50,521 bases of DNA, from the IMG/VR virus record IMGVR_UViG_3300010383_000013, positions 1-50,521 of that record; one strand, 5' to 3'. This document shows, in pieces, positions 24,284 through 33,489 of this stretch; position 1 is the first letter of the stretch; the number at the start of each line of letters is the position of its first letter. Below the pieces are notes generated by a model. It saw only the letters and a list, made by a program, of their open reading frames with translations, searched no databases and was not told the origin of the DNA. Position numbers and translations under genes: made by a program. Source of the stretch: a virus.

Positions 24284-24691
24284 TCAGTTCGTGATCCGGA
24301 CGCGGATGACCTCGCCGGCGGTCGAGCCCTTGGCCTCGACGGCGTGGCCGAAGAGGGGGTTGGCGCCCGAGTTGTCGGTCGTGGTGAGGGTGTTGTCGGC
24401 GGTGACGATGTAGATCGGGTCACCGATGGCGCGGGTGGTGGTGGTGGCGACCGGGAGGTCGTGGACGCCCTCGAGCCACACCGACGCGTAGCCGGTCGGG
24501 TTGCCGCCGCCGTAGTTGTACGACGTGTTGACGGACCCGTCGGCGTTGTAGGGGTCGACGTCGACCTTGGCGCGGGCGGTCTCGGTCACGCCGTTGAGGC
24601 CGCCGATGCGGACCGGGGCGCCGACAGCCGTGCCGGACGGGACGGGGAGCGACAGCTTGTTGCCGCTGCGGAAAATCTCGTTGGTGGCCAT
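24284..24691 (-). CDS. DUF2190-like head decoration/cement protein
   Basis: 135 aa and beta-rich. It lies directly upstream of the capsid gene, the position where DUF2190 proteins occur. Confidence 0.6.
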   Translation of the reverse strand: MATNEIFRSGNKLSLPVPSGTAVGAPVRIGGLNGVTETARAKVDVDPYNADGSVNTSYNYGGGNPTGYASVWLEGVHDLPVATTTTRAIGDPIYIVTADNTLTTTDNSGANPLFGHAVEAKGSTAGEVIRVRITN

Positions 24692-24694
24692 CGG

Positions 24695-25975
24695 TCAGGC
24701 TCCCTTCTGCTCCGTGAGGGGGCGACCCCACGGGCTCTTGGTGCGGGTGCCGGTCGCGGCGCCCTCGGTGGCGGCCGCGGACGCGCCGAAGCCGTGGACG
24801 CTGGAGGCCGCCTCGGCCGCCGCCTGCTGGCGGGCCGTGACCTCGGTGTCGAGGGTGGTGGTGAACATCGCCTCGTCGAGGGTGCCGTCCTCGTTGACCG
24901 GGGCCGCGGCGATCAGGCCGGCGACCTCGAGCGCGGTGAACTCGACCTTCCCGGCCTTCGCCTTCTCGGCGATCAGCGTGCGGACACGGTCGTCGCGGTC
25001 GCGCTTGGCGGCCGCCTCCTTGAGGGTGGCGTTCTCGGCCTTGAGCGTGGCGTTCTCGCTCTCGACCGCGTCCACCCGGCCGGCCGTCTCGGTGAGTCGG
25101 GTGTGCTCCGACTCCTCGATCTGGATCTTGGGCATGGTGTCCTCCTCGGACTCCGTAGCGGTGGTGGTTGCACCGGGGGTGGTGCTGCCCGGCCGGGTGA
25201 CCGGGACGTACTTGGTCACCGGGCGCACCTCGGTGCGCTCGCCGGTGAGGGTGACCGACATGTCGTCGTCGGCGATCTCGTACGCCTGCTGCCAGGTGCG
25301 GGAGCGCTCGTTCTCCAGCGACGCCTGGAACCAGACCGTGGACTCGTCGAAGTCCTGAACCCACGCGTACCGGTCGTTGCCGGCGTACGCCGTGCGGACG
25401 GCGTCAGAGAGCTGCTGGCGGCGCTCGTCGGCGGTGGCTTCCTCGACGCCATGCCCGATCGCGCGCTCGACGACCTGGTCGGGGCGGGCGGATTCCAGCA
25501 CGGACAGGACGCGGCCACCGCGGCCGGCGCGGGTGACGAAGTCGACGGAGTCGATGACGGCCAGTCCCTCCACGACGCCGTTGACGATGTCGGTGGCGGA
25601 CCCGCGGATGGAGAGGCCGATGTTCGCGGCGAAGTCCTCGTCGAGGAGCAGGTCGCGGTACGGCGCGAACGGCTTCACCTTGCCCCGGACACCGCCGAGC
25701 TTGGCGTCGAAGGTGCCGGCCTCCTTGATGACCGCGCACAGGTCGCGCACCGACCGTCCGGGCCGCTCCATGGCCTCGACGTCGGTAGGGTGGTCGAAGT
25801 ACATGTGGGTGCCGGCGGCGAACAGCGGGGCGGCCGCCTCGACGACCTCACGGGAGTAGTAGCCGGAGGACCCCTTGCCCTCGGTGATGAAGACGACGTC
25901 GAGAAGACCTGACTCGGTGTCGGTCGACGTGGTCGCCTCGGAGAGCGGGGCGCTCTCGGCGATCGGCTTCGGCAT
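24695..25975 (-). CDS. Capsid maturation protease / scaffolding fusion protein
   Basis: 426 aa. A globular N-terminal domain is followed by a coiled-coil, Ala/Glu-rich C-terminal half (ENATLKAENATLKEAAAKRDRDD). GGGAGG Shine-Dalgarno. Confidence 0.6.
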   Translation of the reverse strand: MPKPIAESAPLSEATTSTDTESGLLDVVFITEGKGSSGYYSREVVEAAAPLFAAGTHMYFDHPTDVEAMERPGRSVRDLCAVIKEAGTFDAKLGGVRGKVKPFAPYRDLLLDEDFAANIGLSIRGSATDIVNGVVEGLAVIDSVDFVTRAGRGGRVLSVLESARPDQVVERAIGHGVEEATADERRQQLSDAVRTAYAGNDRYAWVQDFDESTVWFQASLENERSRTWQQAYEIADDDMSVTLTGERTEVRPVTKYVPVTRPGSTTPGATTTATESEEDTMPKIQIEESEHTRLTETAGRVDAVESENATLKAENATLKEAAAKRDRDDRVRTLIAEKAKAGKVEFTALEVAGLIAAAPVNEDGTLDEAMFTTTLDTEVTARQQAAAEAASSVHGFGASAAATEGAATGTRTKSPWGRPLTEQKGA

Positions 25976-26030
25976 GGTGAAGACCTCCCGGTGGCGGGTC
26001 GAGGCGGGGTACGGTTCGCGGGTGGATGAC

Positions 26031-26183
26031 GGCTGCGAGCACGACTGGGTGCTCGAGGAGGTCGTGGTGTCGGGGCGTGGTGCCGACCAGGTCTCGACGT
26101 GCGCTCGCTGTGAAGTAGTCGGCTACTCGGTCGGCCGCGCTGCGGTGAAGGACACCCGGCCCCCGTTGGGCGACCCGCAGTAG
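26031..26183 (+). CDS. Possible opposite-strand small ORF (50 aa, C..H...CxxC)
   Basis: This is the only open frame with GC3 bias in the 216-bp gap between MuF and the protease. It has a GTG start and a weak Shine-Dalgarno. Confidence 0.25.
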   Translation, partial: GCEHDWVLEEVVVSGRGADQVSTCARCEVVGYSVGRAAVKDTRPPLGDPQ

Positions 26184-26191
26184 AACCCGGG

Positions 26192-27253
26192 TCAGGCGAC
26201 CCGGCGGCCAGTGCGCTGGTTCGGCAGCGGCGACACCTGGTAGGAGTCCCGCCAGCCGGTGTTGCTGCGGCGGTGCGCCCAGCCCTTCATCGGGTAGCCG
26301 CCCGCCCGGTAGGCGGCGTACCTGGCGGGTCCCAGGATGCGGCGCTGCTCGCCCTCGCCGAGGTCGTCGAACCACGCCTGCGCGTCCGGGAACAGGTCAG
26401 GCGGCTCCTCGACGTGGTCGACGCCGAGCTCAGCCCACGCCTTCACGACCGGGATCGCGACGCACCGGCAGTTCGGGTGACCCTCCGGGCCGGGCTCGTC
26501 GACCTGATGGAACGACCCGGCCATGCCGATGCACGCCGGGCACGTGTTCGCGTCCAGCGCGGTGTACCAGCGCCATCCCTTGAGCACGTCGGCGTGCTCC
26601 TGACACGCCAGGTGCGCGGCGGCACGGTGGGCGTCGAGGGTCTCGGTGCGGGCGATCGTCAACGCCCGGGCCAGGCCGCCGTTGAACCCGCGCTCGGTGC
26701 GGGCGATGATCCGCAGCGCGGTCGCGCGCGGGTTGGAACCGGCGGCGACGCCGCGGAGCAGCTCGCGGCGTACGGCGTCGTACGCGTCAGCCGAGAGGGG
26801 CCGTAGACGGGACGTGATCTGTTGGGTGGAGCGGGCCACGATCGCGTCGATCTGCCGGGTGTCGACCCGCGACCAGGAGTCCAGCCCGTTGAGCAGGGCA
26901 GACTGGGGCGGCAGCTGTGAGTCGATCACCGACGCCTGAGCGCCGCCGGCCTCGTCGATGACCCGCTGCAGGTCCCCGATGATCAGCACTCCCACTGCGG
27001 CGGCAAGTTCCTCGAGACGTGCCGCGACCACCGCGAGGGCGTTGCGGAGCCGCTGGGAGCGGAGCAGCTGGCCTCGGGTGACGCGGTCGCCGGCGGTGAG
27101 CATGTCGAGGAGGACGGCAGTCAGGTCGGGGGCGATCTCGTCCCAGGCGTCAGCCCAGGCGGCGACCAGCGCGCGTGTGTGGGCGTCGGTGATCTTCGTG
27201 AGGTCGCGGTTGATCTGCCGCTGCAGCCGCAGGGTGCGTGCGGTGACCGCCAC
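26192..27253 (-). CDS. MuF-like (SPP1 gp7 family) head morphogenesis / minor capsid protein
   Basis: 353 aa. ARTETLDAHRAA...W.W.TALDANTCPACIGMAGS...HPNCRC is the classic Phage_Mu_F signature. Confidence 0.9.
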   Translation of the reverse strand: MAVTARTLRLQRQINRDLTKITDAHTRALVAAWADAWDEIAPDLTAVLLDMLTAGDRVTRGQLLRSQRLRNALAVVAARLEELAAAVGVLIIGDLQRVIDEAGGAQASVIDSQLPPQSALLNGLDSWSRVDTRQIDAIVARSTQQITSRLRPLSADAYDAVRRELLRGVAAGSNPRATALRIIARTERGFNGGLARALTIARTETLDAHRAAAHLACQEHADVLKGWRWYTALDANTCPACIGMAGSFHQVDEPGPEGHPNCRCVAIPVVKAWAELGVDHVEEPPDLFPDAQAWFDDLGEGEQRRILGPARYAAYRAGGYPMKGWAHRRSNTGWRDSYQVSPLPNQRTGRRVA

Positions 27254-27256
27254 CGG

Positions 27257-27466
27257 TCAGTCCCGGGTGGGGTCGATGTCGTGGCCGCAGCCGCCGTCGG
27301 CGCAGCACAGGTGTTCGCGCAGTGACAGGGCAGGCCCGGTCTGGCAGGTGAACCAGACGCGGCGGCCGGAGGGGAGCGCGCAGGTCCGGCACCACAGGCC
27401 GTCTTCGACCTCGAGGATCTCGATCGCGACCCGCAGGGTCCGGTGACCGGCGCGCCCGGCCATCAC
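27257..27466 (-). CDS. Small Cys-rich protein
   Basis: 69 aa, located between portal and MuF with overlapping start/stop codons. Motifs CRTC...C...CC..GGCGH. Confidence 0.5.
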   Translation of the reverse strand: MMAGRAGHRTLRVAIEILEVEDGLWCRTCALPSGRRVWFTCQTGPALSLREHLCCADGGCGHDIDPTRD

Positions 27467-29097
27467 GACCCGCTGTTAGCCTGGCCCGCAGGGCCGACGA
27501 GTGCGGCCGGGTCCTGCCCGGCGCGGAACGCGTCCACCGCCGCCTGCCCGGCCCCAGACGGGTCCCCGATCCAGTTCCCGTCGGCGTCGGTCATCTGGTC
27601 GACCAGCTCGTCGACGTCGTCGATCCCGAACGCCTTCGCCAGCAGCTTCAGGATCTCCACCTTCGGCAGCGTCTCGGTGCCCTCGGCCTCCACGATCGCG
27701 GTCACCAGCTGCGCGAGCGGGGTGGAGTCGAACTCCGGCCACGCCACGTCCACGGCCCGGGAGTCGCCCTCGGGGAGGGTGACCACGATCCGGTCCCCGA
27801 CCTTCGTCACCGCACCGCGCAGCGGCCCGCGGGGGGCGATGACGGCCTGGTCGATGACGTAGTCAGCGACGTCGCGGAACAGCTCGGCGTGGACCTCCTG
27901 CCGCAACCTGGCCATCAGCTCGGTGGGCTGGTCGAGGGTCTCCGCGGTCGCCCGGGCGCCGGTGACGCCGGGGTCGCCGAGCAGCATCGTCAGCGGCACC
28001 TCGAGCGCGGCGGCGACCATGGTGGCCAGCGGCTTGTGGGAGTCGGCGTCGATCTGGGCGCCGGACTTGGAGACGATGCTCATCTTCGTGTCGGGGTCGG
28101 TGACCGCGAACTCGCCGGGCTGTGCGTGCGCCATGGCCGCGGCGGCCGCCTGCCGGGCGGGGCCGCGCTTCGCGGTGATCTGCCCCAGAATGCGGGTCAG
28201 GGCCCGCATGTACATCGCGAGGTCCTCGAGGAACTCCTTGTCCATCCGCGCCCACGGGAGCGCGGCGAGGACGTCGCCGAGGCCGCGCCAGTCGCCGTCG
28301 GGGACGTTGACGCACACAGGACGCATCGGGGCGTCCCACCGGATCTTGTTGCCACCCCAGGTCTTCGGCCGGGCCGGCGGGTAGAACCCGAGGGCCGGGT
28401 AGTACGTGGTGCGGTCCTCGGTGTTCCGGGCCCCGGTACGGGGGTTGACCACGATGGCCTTCCACTGCCGCTTGTACAGCCAGACGGTGGCCTCGTCCTC
28501 CGGGTCGCAGATCCGCTCGACGATCTCCCCGGCCGGGACGGACCGGACCCGAACCTTCCCGGTCACCGGGTCGGTGGGGAACGCCCAGAACGCCTCCCCG
28601 CCGGTCGCGAGGCGCCGCTCGTACCGGGTCTGCGCCTCGCTGGAGGTGAACACGCGGCGGTTGGACGGCTCGTCCCAGAACTCCTGCCACACGGCGTTGA
28701 CGTCCTGCCCGTCGGCGCCGTCGTCGCGGATCGAGACGGTGACGCCCTGGCCCCACACGTAGGCGGAACGGAGGTTCACGCCGCGCTTGATCAGCGCGTT
28801 CCCGGTGGCGGACAGGTCGGCGAGGGCGGCGATCTGCCGGCGGCCCTCGGGGGTGAACTTCCGGGTCTCCTGACCGACGCGCTGCCAGCCGGCGTCCTCG
28901 CGGTACAGCGCCTCGAGGTCGGCGTACGACTCCTCGATGAACTCGCGCCACTGCCGCTCGGCGGTGAGTTGCTGGGTGGTCTCGTCGAGGGCTTCCTGGA
29001 GGGTGGCGACCTGGGTGACGTCGCCGAGCAGGGGGGCGTCCTGGGTATCGGTCATCGTGGTCACCCCCGTTCGGTGGTCGTCGGTTGGGTGGGTCAT
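27463..29097 (-). CDS. Portal protein
   Basis: 544 aa, between TerL and MuF. An alternative ATG at 29055 is possible. Confidence 0.85.
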   Translation of the reverse strand: MTHPTDDHRTGVTTMTDTQDAPLLGDVTQVATLQEALDETTQQLTAERQWREFIEESYADLEALYREDAGWQRVGQETRKFTPEGRRQIAALADLSATGNALIKRGVNLRSAYVWGQGVTVSIRDDGADGQDVNAVWQEFWDEPSNRRVFTSSEAQTRYERRLATGGEAFWAFPTDPVTGKVRVRSVPAGEIVERICDPEDEATVWLYKRQWKAIVVNPRTGARNTEDRTTYYPALGFYPPARPKTWGGNKIRWDAPMRPVCVNVPDGDWRGLGDVLAALPWARMDKEFLEDLAMYMRALTRILGQITAKRGPARQAAAAAMAHAQPGEFAVTDPDTKMSIVSKSGAQIDADSHKPLATMVAAALEVPLTMLLGDPGVTGARATAETLDQPTELMARLRQEVHAELFRDVADYVIDQAVIAPRGPLRGAVTKVGDRIVVTLPEGDSRAVDVAWPEFDSTPLAQLVTAIVEAEGTETLPKVEILKLLAKAFGIDDVDELVDQMTDADGNWIGDPSGAGQAAVDAFRAGQDPAALVGPAGQANSGS

Positions 29098-29288
29098 CCC
29101 GCCCGCTCAGGTCCTCGGGCGGCTCTCGGCCGCGACGGGCGATGTCCGGACGGGCGGGATGGACTGGGGTCCGAGATGTGAGTGGGTCCCTGAACTGCCG
29201 GTCGCGTCCCTCCCGGCGCCGCAGTCGCGACCAGCAGCAGGGGTCCCCCGGGCGCTGACCGCGACGGGCCGCCCGGGCGCCTGATGAG

Positions 29289-29356
29289 CACCCCACCCAG
29301 GGATCGAACCTGGCAAGGCCGGCTTTGGAGACCAGCCCGCGCCCAGCGCGTGAGGC
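29289..29356 (-). tRNA. tRNA-Trp(CCA)-like element with truncated D-arm
   Basis: The acceptor stem is GCCTCAC/GTGGGGT (2 G-U pairs). The anticodon arm is CTGGT-CTCCAAA-GCCGG, the variable loop is CCTTG, and the T-arm is CCAGG-TTCGATC-CCTGG. Only 14 nt sit where about 19 nt of D-arm are expected, so the total is 68 nt. Confidence 0.55.
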
Positions 29357-29367
29357 AAGAACGAAGG

Positions 29368-30954
29368 TCAGATCGGCGAGGCCCAGTAGCCACGGGAGTC
29401 GGCAAGCTCGAACTCGGCCGGCTCGTACGCATCCCCGCCCGGCAGCAGCGGCTGCAGCATCAGCCGGTTCAACGCCTGCGACGTCGCGTCCGCCTGGTCG
29501 TCGTGCGTCGCGGTCGGGAACCCCGACAGCTCCTCTACGAAGTCACCGACCCACGCCGCACCCTGGACCCGTGCCGGGTCGGGGAGCAGCACATTCCCGG
29601 CCTCGACCAGCGGCGACACTGCCGACAGCCGCGCCAGCTTCGACCCCTGCGGCTCCTCCGGCACGATCCCCGGGATCGTGCTCTTCAGCGACGCGATCAC
29701 GGCCGGCCCGTTCGCCTTGTCCTCCACCAGCTTCAGCACCACCTGCGGCCACTTCGCCGCCAGCGCCGTGAACTGCCGGCACGTCTCGGGGAACGACCAG
29801 CGGCCACGGACCTGGTCGAGCAGGTAGGCGTTCGCCCCGCGGCGCATCCACACCTGCCCGACCACATAGTCGGACGCCTTCGTGTCCTTGAAGGTCAGGT
29901 CCCACGACATCAGCAGCTCGTCGTAGGCCTGAACCCACCGGGACCCGTCGGGCTGCTCGAGCCACAGCTGGATGTCGTAGTACTTCCACCAGTCGCGGTG
30001 CACGACGTTGCCCTCGGGCGGCGACGGGTTCCCCTGGTACAGGGCCTCCCAGTCACGGGACCCGGCCTGGACCTTGACCTGCTCCCACTCGGCGGCCGAC
30101 CGCGGCTCCCCGGTGAACTCGTTGACCCGCGCCGACAGCATGTACTCGCCCGGCTCCCGGCCCAGGACGTCGGTCTCGCCCTTGTTCGGGTCGTGGTCGG
30201 CCTGCGCGGGGATGTTCAGGACCCGCCACCGGTGCCCGTCGGGCTGCTTCAGCAGCCACCCGGCGAGGTCTTCCTCGTGCCACCGGGTGAGGATGATGAC
30301 CACCGGCGCGCCAGGCGCGAGGCGGGTGGAGAGGGTGGAGCGCCAGTAGTTCTGGACCTTCGCGCGGTAGACCTCGGAGTCGGCTTCCTCGCGGTTCTTG
30401 ATCGGGTCGTCGATGATCATCACGTCGGCGGGGCGGCCGGTGATGCCGCCGCCGAGGCCGACGGATCGGAGTCCGCCGCGGTGCCCGTCGAGGGTCCAGG
30501 ACGAGACGGAGCCGTTGTCGCGGGCGACGCGGAGGCCGAGGTCGAGGCCGCCGTCGGTGCCGGCGTTGGTGGAGATCCAGCCGCGGACGTCGCGGCCGAA
30601 GTCGTTGGCGAGGTCCTGGCCGTAGGAGACCTCGACGATGCGGCGCCGCTTGTTGCGGTGCAGGAGCCACAGGGCGCCGACCTTGGTGCGGGTGGTCTTG
30701 CCCTCCTGTGGGGGCATGGTGATGATCAGCCGGTCGCAGGTGCCGTTGTCGACGTCGACGAGCGCGGCGTCGATCGCGTCGAGCGCCGGGGTCTGCCGGG
30801 TGAGGGGGTCGATGTCGCGGGCGAGGTCGCCGGGGGTGGCCCAGGAGCGGGCGTCTGGGGTGGCGTCGGGGTCGGGGTCGCGGCCGCGGAGGCCGACGAG
30901 GCCGTCCTCGATCATGTCCATCCAGAGGTCGTCGCGTGCTGCGGCGGTGGTCAT
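29368..30954 (-). CDS. terL: Terminase large subunit
   Basis: 528 aa with Walker A ITMPPQEGKTT, followed by Asp-rich ATPase/nuclease motifs (VMIIDDPIKN). It lies upstream of the portal gene. Confidence 0.9.
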   Translation of the reverse strand: MTTAAARDDLWMDMIEDGLVGLRGRDPDPDATPDARSWATPGDLARDIDPLTRQTPALDAIDAALVDVDNGTCDRLIITMPPQEGKTTRTKVGALWLLHRNKRRRIVEVSYGQDLANDFGRDVRGWISTNAGTDGGLDLGLRVARDNGSVSSWTLDGHRGGLRSVGLGGGITGRPADVMIIDDPIKNREEADSEVYRAKVQNYWRSTLSTRLAPGAPVVIILTRWHEEDLAGWLLKQPDGHRWRVLNIPAQADHDPNKGETDVLGREPGEYMLSARVNEFTGEPRSAAEWEQVKVQAGSRDWEALYQGNPSPPEGNVVHRDWWKYYDIQLWLEQPDGSRWVQAYDELLMSWDLTFKDTKASDYVVGQVWMRRGANAYLLDQVRGRWSFPETCRQFTALAAKWPQVVLKLVEDKANGPAVIASLKSTIPGIVPEEPQGSKLARLSAVSPLVEAGNVLLPDPARVQGAAWVGDFVEELSGFPTATHDDQADATSQALNRLMLQPLLPGGDAYEPAEFELADSRGYWASPI

Positions 30955-31108
30955 CGTGATCACCTGCCTCGACGACTTGGGCCAGATGCACGAAGACCCC
31001 GCTGAACCGTGTTTCGGGTACGCGAGGTCTAGCACGAAAGATGACACAGAATCGAGTGGACGGCAACAACTTCTGCCGAATCCGGCGTGTCGCAGGGTGC
31101 CGTGAGCG

Positions 31109-31654
31109 TCAGAAAGTGACCAGTGGTGCAGACGGGTCGCGCTCCCGGCGGAGCCGGTTGACGTGCGCGACGAGCCGGTCGGACGGCGCGAAGTCCTCCC
31201 GGCGTCCGTACCGTTCATCGGCGAACTCGTGGTGTCGGCGGAACTCGACGTCGCGGCCACCCGGCTCGGTGGCGAGTACCGCAGATCGGTCGACGCGCAG
31301 GTTGATCAGCCGGGTCCGGAGGTCGGTGGTGTACCCGATCTTGATGCGGTCGTGGGTGCGGACGTAGTAGACGATCGAGCCGGCCTCTCGGAGCGCGCGT
31401 TCCTCGGCGTCGCGTTCCCGCATGGCCGGCAGCCGCTCGGCGGCTTCACGTCGGGCGCGGTCCATCATCACGTCGAACTCCGCGATCCCGGCGACCTCGC
31501 GTACCAGCTCGATGTTGTCGGCCAGCCACGCGAGCCCGGCCTGGCGGAAGTGGCCCTCGCAAAGCGGGACGTTGTCGCGCTCTGCGGGCTGGAAGCAGCC
31601 GTGCCAGCAGCAGGCGTTCTGGTTCCCGTACGCGCTGGCGGTCGTAGGCTTCAT
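31109..31654 (-). CDS. T5orf172 (GIY-YIG-superfamily) domain protein with N-terminal Cys/His cluster
   Basis: IVYYVRTHDRIKIGYTTDLRTRLINLR...LATEPGG...E..HH.F is T5orf172-like. The N-terminus is CCWHGC...PLCEGH. GAGGAG Shine-Dalgarno. Confidence 0.7.
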   Translation of the reverse strand: MKPTTASAYGNQNACCWHGCFQPAERDNVPLCEGHFRQAGLAWLADNIELVREVAGIAEFDVMMDRARREAAERLPAMRERDAEERALREAGSIVYYVRTHDRIKIGYTTDLRTRLINLRVDRSAVLATEPGGRDVEFRRHHEFADERYGRREDFAPSDRLVAHVNRLRRERDPSAPLVTF

Positions 31655-31711
31655 CGTGTTCGACTCCTCAACGGTCGGACCGGGCCCCGGTCGGTTGCCG
31701 CCGATGCGGGG

Positions 31712-33229
31712 TCAGCCGGTCGCGCGCCGCGCCTCGGCGTCCAACTCGGCCTCGAACCTGGCGACCCGCGCGGGATGGATGCCGAGCAGCCGACCGGCCT
31801 CATCCGGGTCGGTGCCGGCCTCGACCGCCTTACGCCAGCGGACACGCTCGCTGTCGAGGCGCGCGCGCTCCGCGGCGGCGCGGGCGGCCTGCTCGGCGGC
31901 ACGCTCGGCGCGCTCCTTCACGGACGGCCAGTACACGAGCCGCAGCCCCCACGTGACGTGGGGGGTCCACCGGCACACCGCGATGACCTGGTTGCGGTCC
32001 ATCCACCGCCGCACCGTCGACGGCGTCACCGGGACGCCCATCATGGTCGCCGCCTCGGCCGCCATGCCGATGTGCGTCCACGAGTCCCCGTTCGGGCCGG
32101 ACGTGAGGAGGTGGCGGCGTACGGCGTGGGCGTACTCGCCGGGCGTGTACTGCTTGCGGCAGCCGAGGCACTCCCAGGACTGCCCGACGGCGGGGTTGTC
32201 GATGCCGCCCTGGCCGCGGTCGACGCAGTCGGTGCAGGGGATCCGGGCGGCGGAGACTTCGGCGGAGGATGGTGGCCGTGCGGCGGCGAGCTCGGCGGGG
32301 GTCCAGCCGGACGGGTACTCGCCGGGCACCCAGCTGGTGACGGGCCGCTCGGTGACCGGGTCGACGGTGGTCACGTGCTCGCCCCGAAGTTCGGGGTAGG
32401 TGGCGATCGCGGCCAGGGTCGCGCGGCCGGCGGCGGCGCGGCGCTCGACCTCGGTCAGGTGGCGGCGGGCGGGGGTCTGGTGGCGGCAGGGGCGGGGGTC
32501 GCCGAACCGGCGGACGAGCCGGTCGCCGCACTCGAAGCAGGGGACGCCGCGTTCGGGGTCGCGTTCGTCGTGGAGGATCCCCTCGAGCTGGCGGCGCAGG
32601 GCGGTGATGTCGGCGGTGAACGTCTGCCAGTCCGGCCCGGTGGTGGTCTGGGCCATGCGGTCCAGCTGGTCCTCGAAGTAGCGGGTGATCGCGGTGACCG
32701 GGGACCGGTCGGTGGTGCGACGGGTGTGGCCGAAGTGGGTGCGCCACTGGTGCTCCCACCCCAGGAGCGGGAGGAGCACGGGCATGACGTCGTCGGCGGG
32801 GTGGTCCTCGGTCAGGAGGTCGGCCTTCGGGTTGTCCTTCAGGGGGCCGAAGCGGGTGTGGAGGTCGTCCCAGCCGGCGCCGGCGCGGGCGATGGCGACG
32901 AGGGCGTCGCCGCCGGGGATGCGGGCGGAGGGGACGGCGAGGCCTTCGCCGCGGGCGGCGTGCCAGCGGAGGTGTCGGGCGAGCCAGCGGATGTCTTCGA
33001 GGTCGCGGCGGACGGCGGCGATGCAGGTGGGGCAGGTGAGCGGGTGGGCGTGGGTGGTGTGTTCGCGGCCGCAGATCACGCAGTGGGGGTGGGTGCAGGG
33101 GACGAGTTCGTCGGGGCCGGCGCCTTGGTCGTCGGGGCGGCGGGTCCGGATGACGCGCTGTTCGAGGTCGCGGTCGTAGTGGCAGGCGGGGGTGGCCTGT
33201 GGGGTGGTTGCCGTGGTGTGGCGGGTCAC
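31712..33229 (-). CDS. Large multi-zinc-ribbon protein with C-terminal HTH
   Basis: 505 aa. CxxC pairs include HCVICG..H.H..TCPTC, CFECG, CTDC and CLGC. The HTH is IGMAAEAATMMGVPVTPSTVRRWMDRNQV. I recognise no family. Confidence 0.7.
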   Translation of the reverse strand: MTRHTTATTPQATPACHYDRDLEQRVIRTRRPDDQGAGPDELVPCTHPHCVICGREHTTHAHPLTCPTCIAAVRRDLEDIRWLARHLRWHAARGEGLAVPSARIPGGDALVAIARAGAGWDDLHTRFGPLKDNPKADLLTEDHPADDVMPVLLPLLGWEHQWRTHFGHTRRTTDRSPVTAITRYFEDQLDRMAQTTTGPDWQTFTADITALRRQLEGILHDERDPERGVPCFECGDRLVRRFGDPRPCRHQTPARRHLTEVERRAAAGRATLAAIATYPELRGEHVTTVDPVTERPVTSWVPGEYPSGWTPAELAAARPPSSAEVSAARIPCTDCVDRGQGGIDNPAVGQSWECLGCRKQYTPGEYAHAVRRHLLTSGPNGDSWTHIGMAAEAATMMGVPVTPSTVRRWMDRNQVIAVCRWTPHVTWGLRLVYWPSVKERAERAAEQAARAAAERARLDSERVRWRKAVEAGTDPDEAGRLLGIHPARVARFEAELDAEARRATG

Positions 33230-33489
33230 GAGTCCTCCGGGTCGGTGGCGATGAACGGTGACGGCGTGGTGCGCGGGTGACGGGGGTGGGTGCGCGGGTG
33301 ACCCTTCTCGGGGTCGCGAGGGTCGCGGAGGTCGGTGATGCGGTAGACGCCGTCCTCGTCAGGCTCGGGGACGTAGCCGGGCATCGGGCGGCCGGGTGCG
33401 GCCGCGCGGGCGCGGCGGACGAGGTCGTCGGCAGCGCGGCGGGTCGCGGCCTGCATGGCCTCGCGGAGGTCGTCGGGCATGTCCGTCAT
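33226..33489 (-). CDS. Hypothetical protein
   Basis: 87 aa with start and stop overlapping both neighbours. Confidence 0.55.
   Translation of the reverse strand: MTDMPDDLREAMQAATRRAADDLVRRARAAAPGRPMPGYVPEPDEDGVYRITDLRDPRDPEKGHPRTHPRHPRTTPSPFIATDPEDS

Noticed and set aside
25848-26375. 175-aa minus-strand ORF spanning the MuF/protease gap.
   Set aside because: It overlaps both flanking genes out of frame, and its composition is Arg/Pro/His-rich.
29289-29356. tRNA-like element as the attP of the encoded integrase.
   Set aside because: The integrase is a serine recombinase located about 21-27 kb away, whichever way round the circle. tRNA 3'-end overlap is typical of tyrosine integrases. At most it is a relic of a former site.
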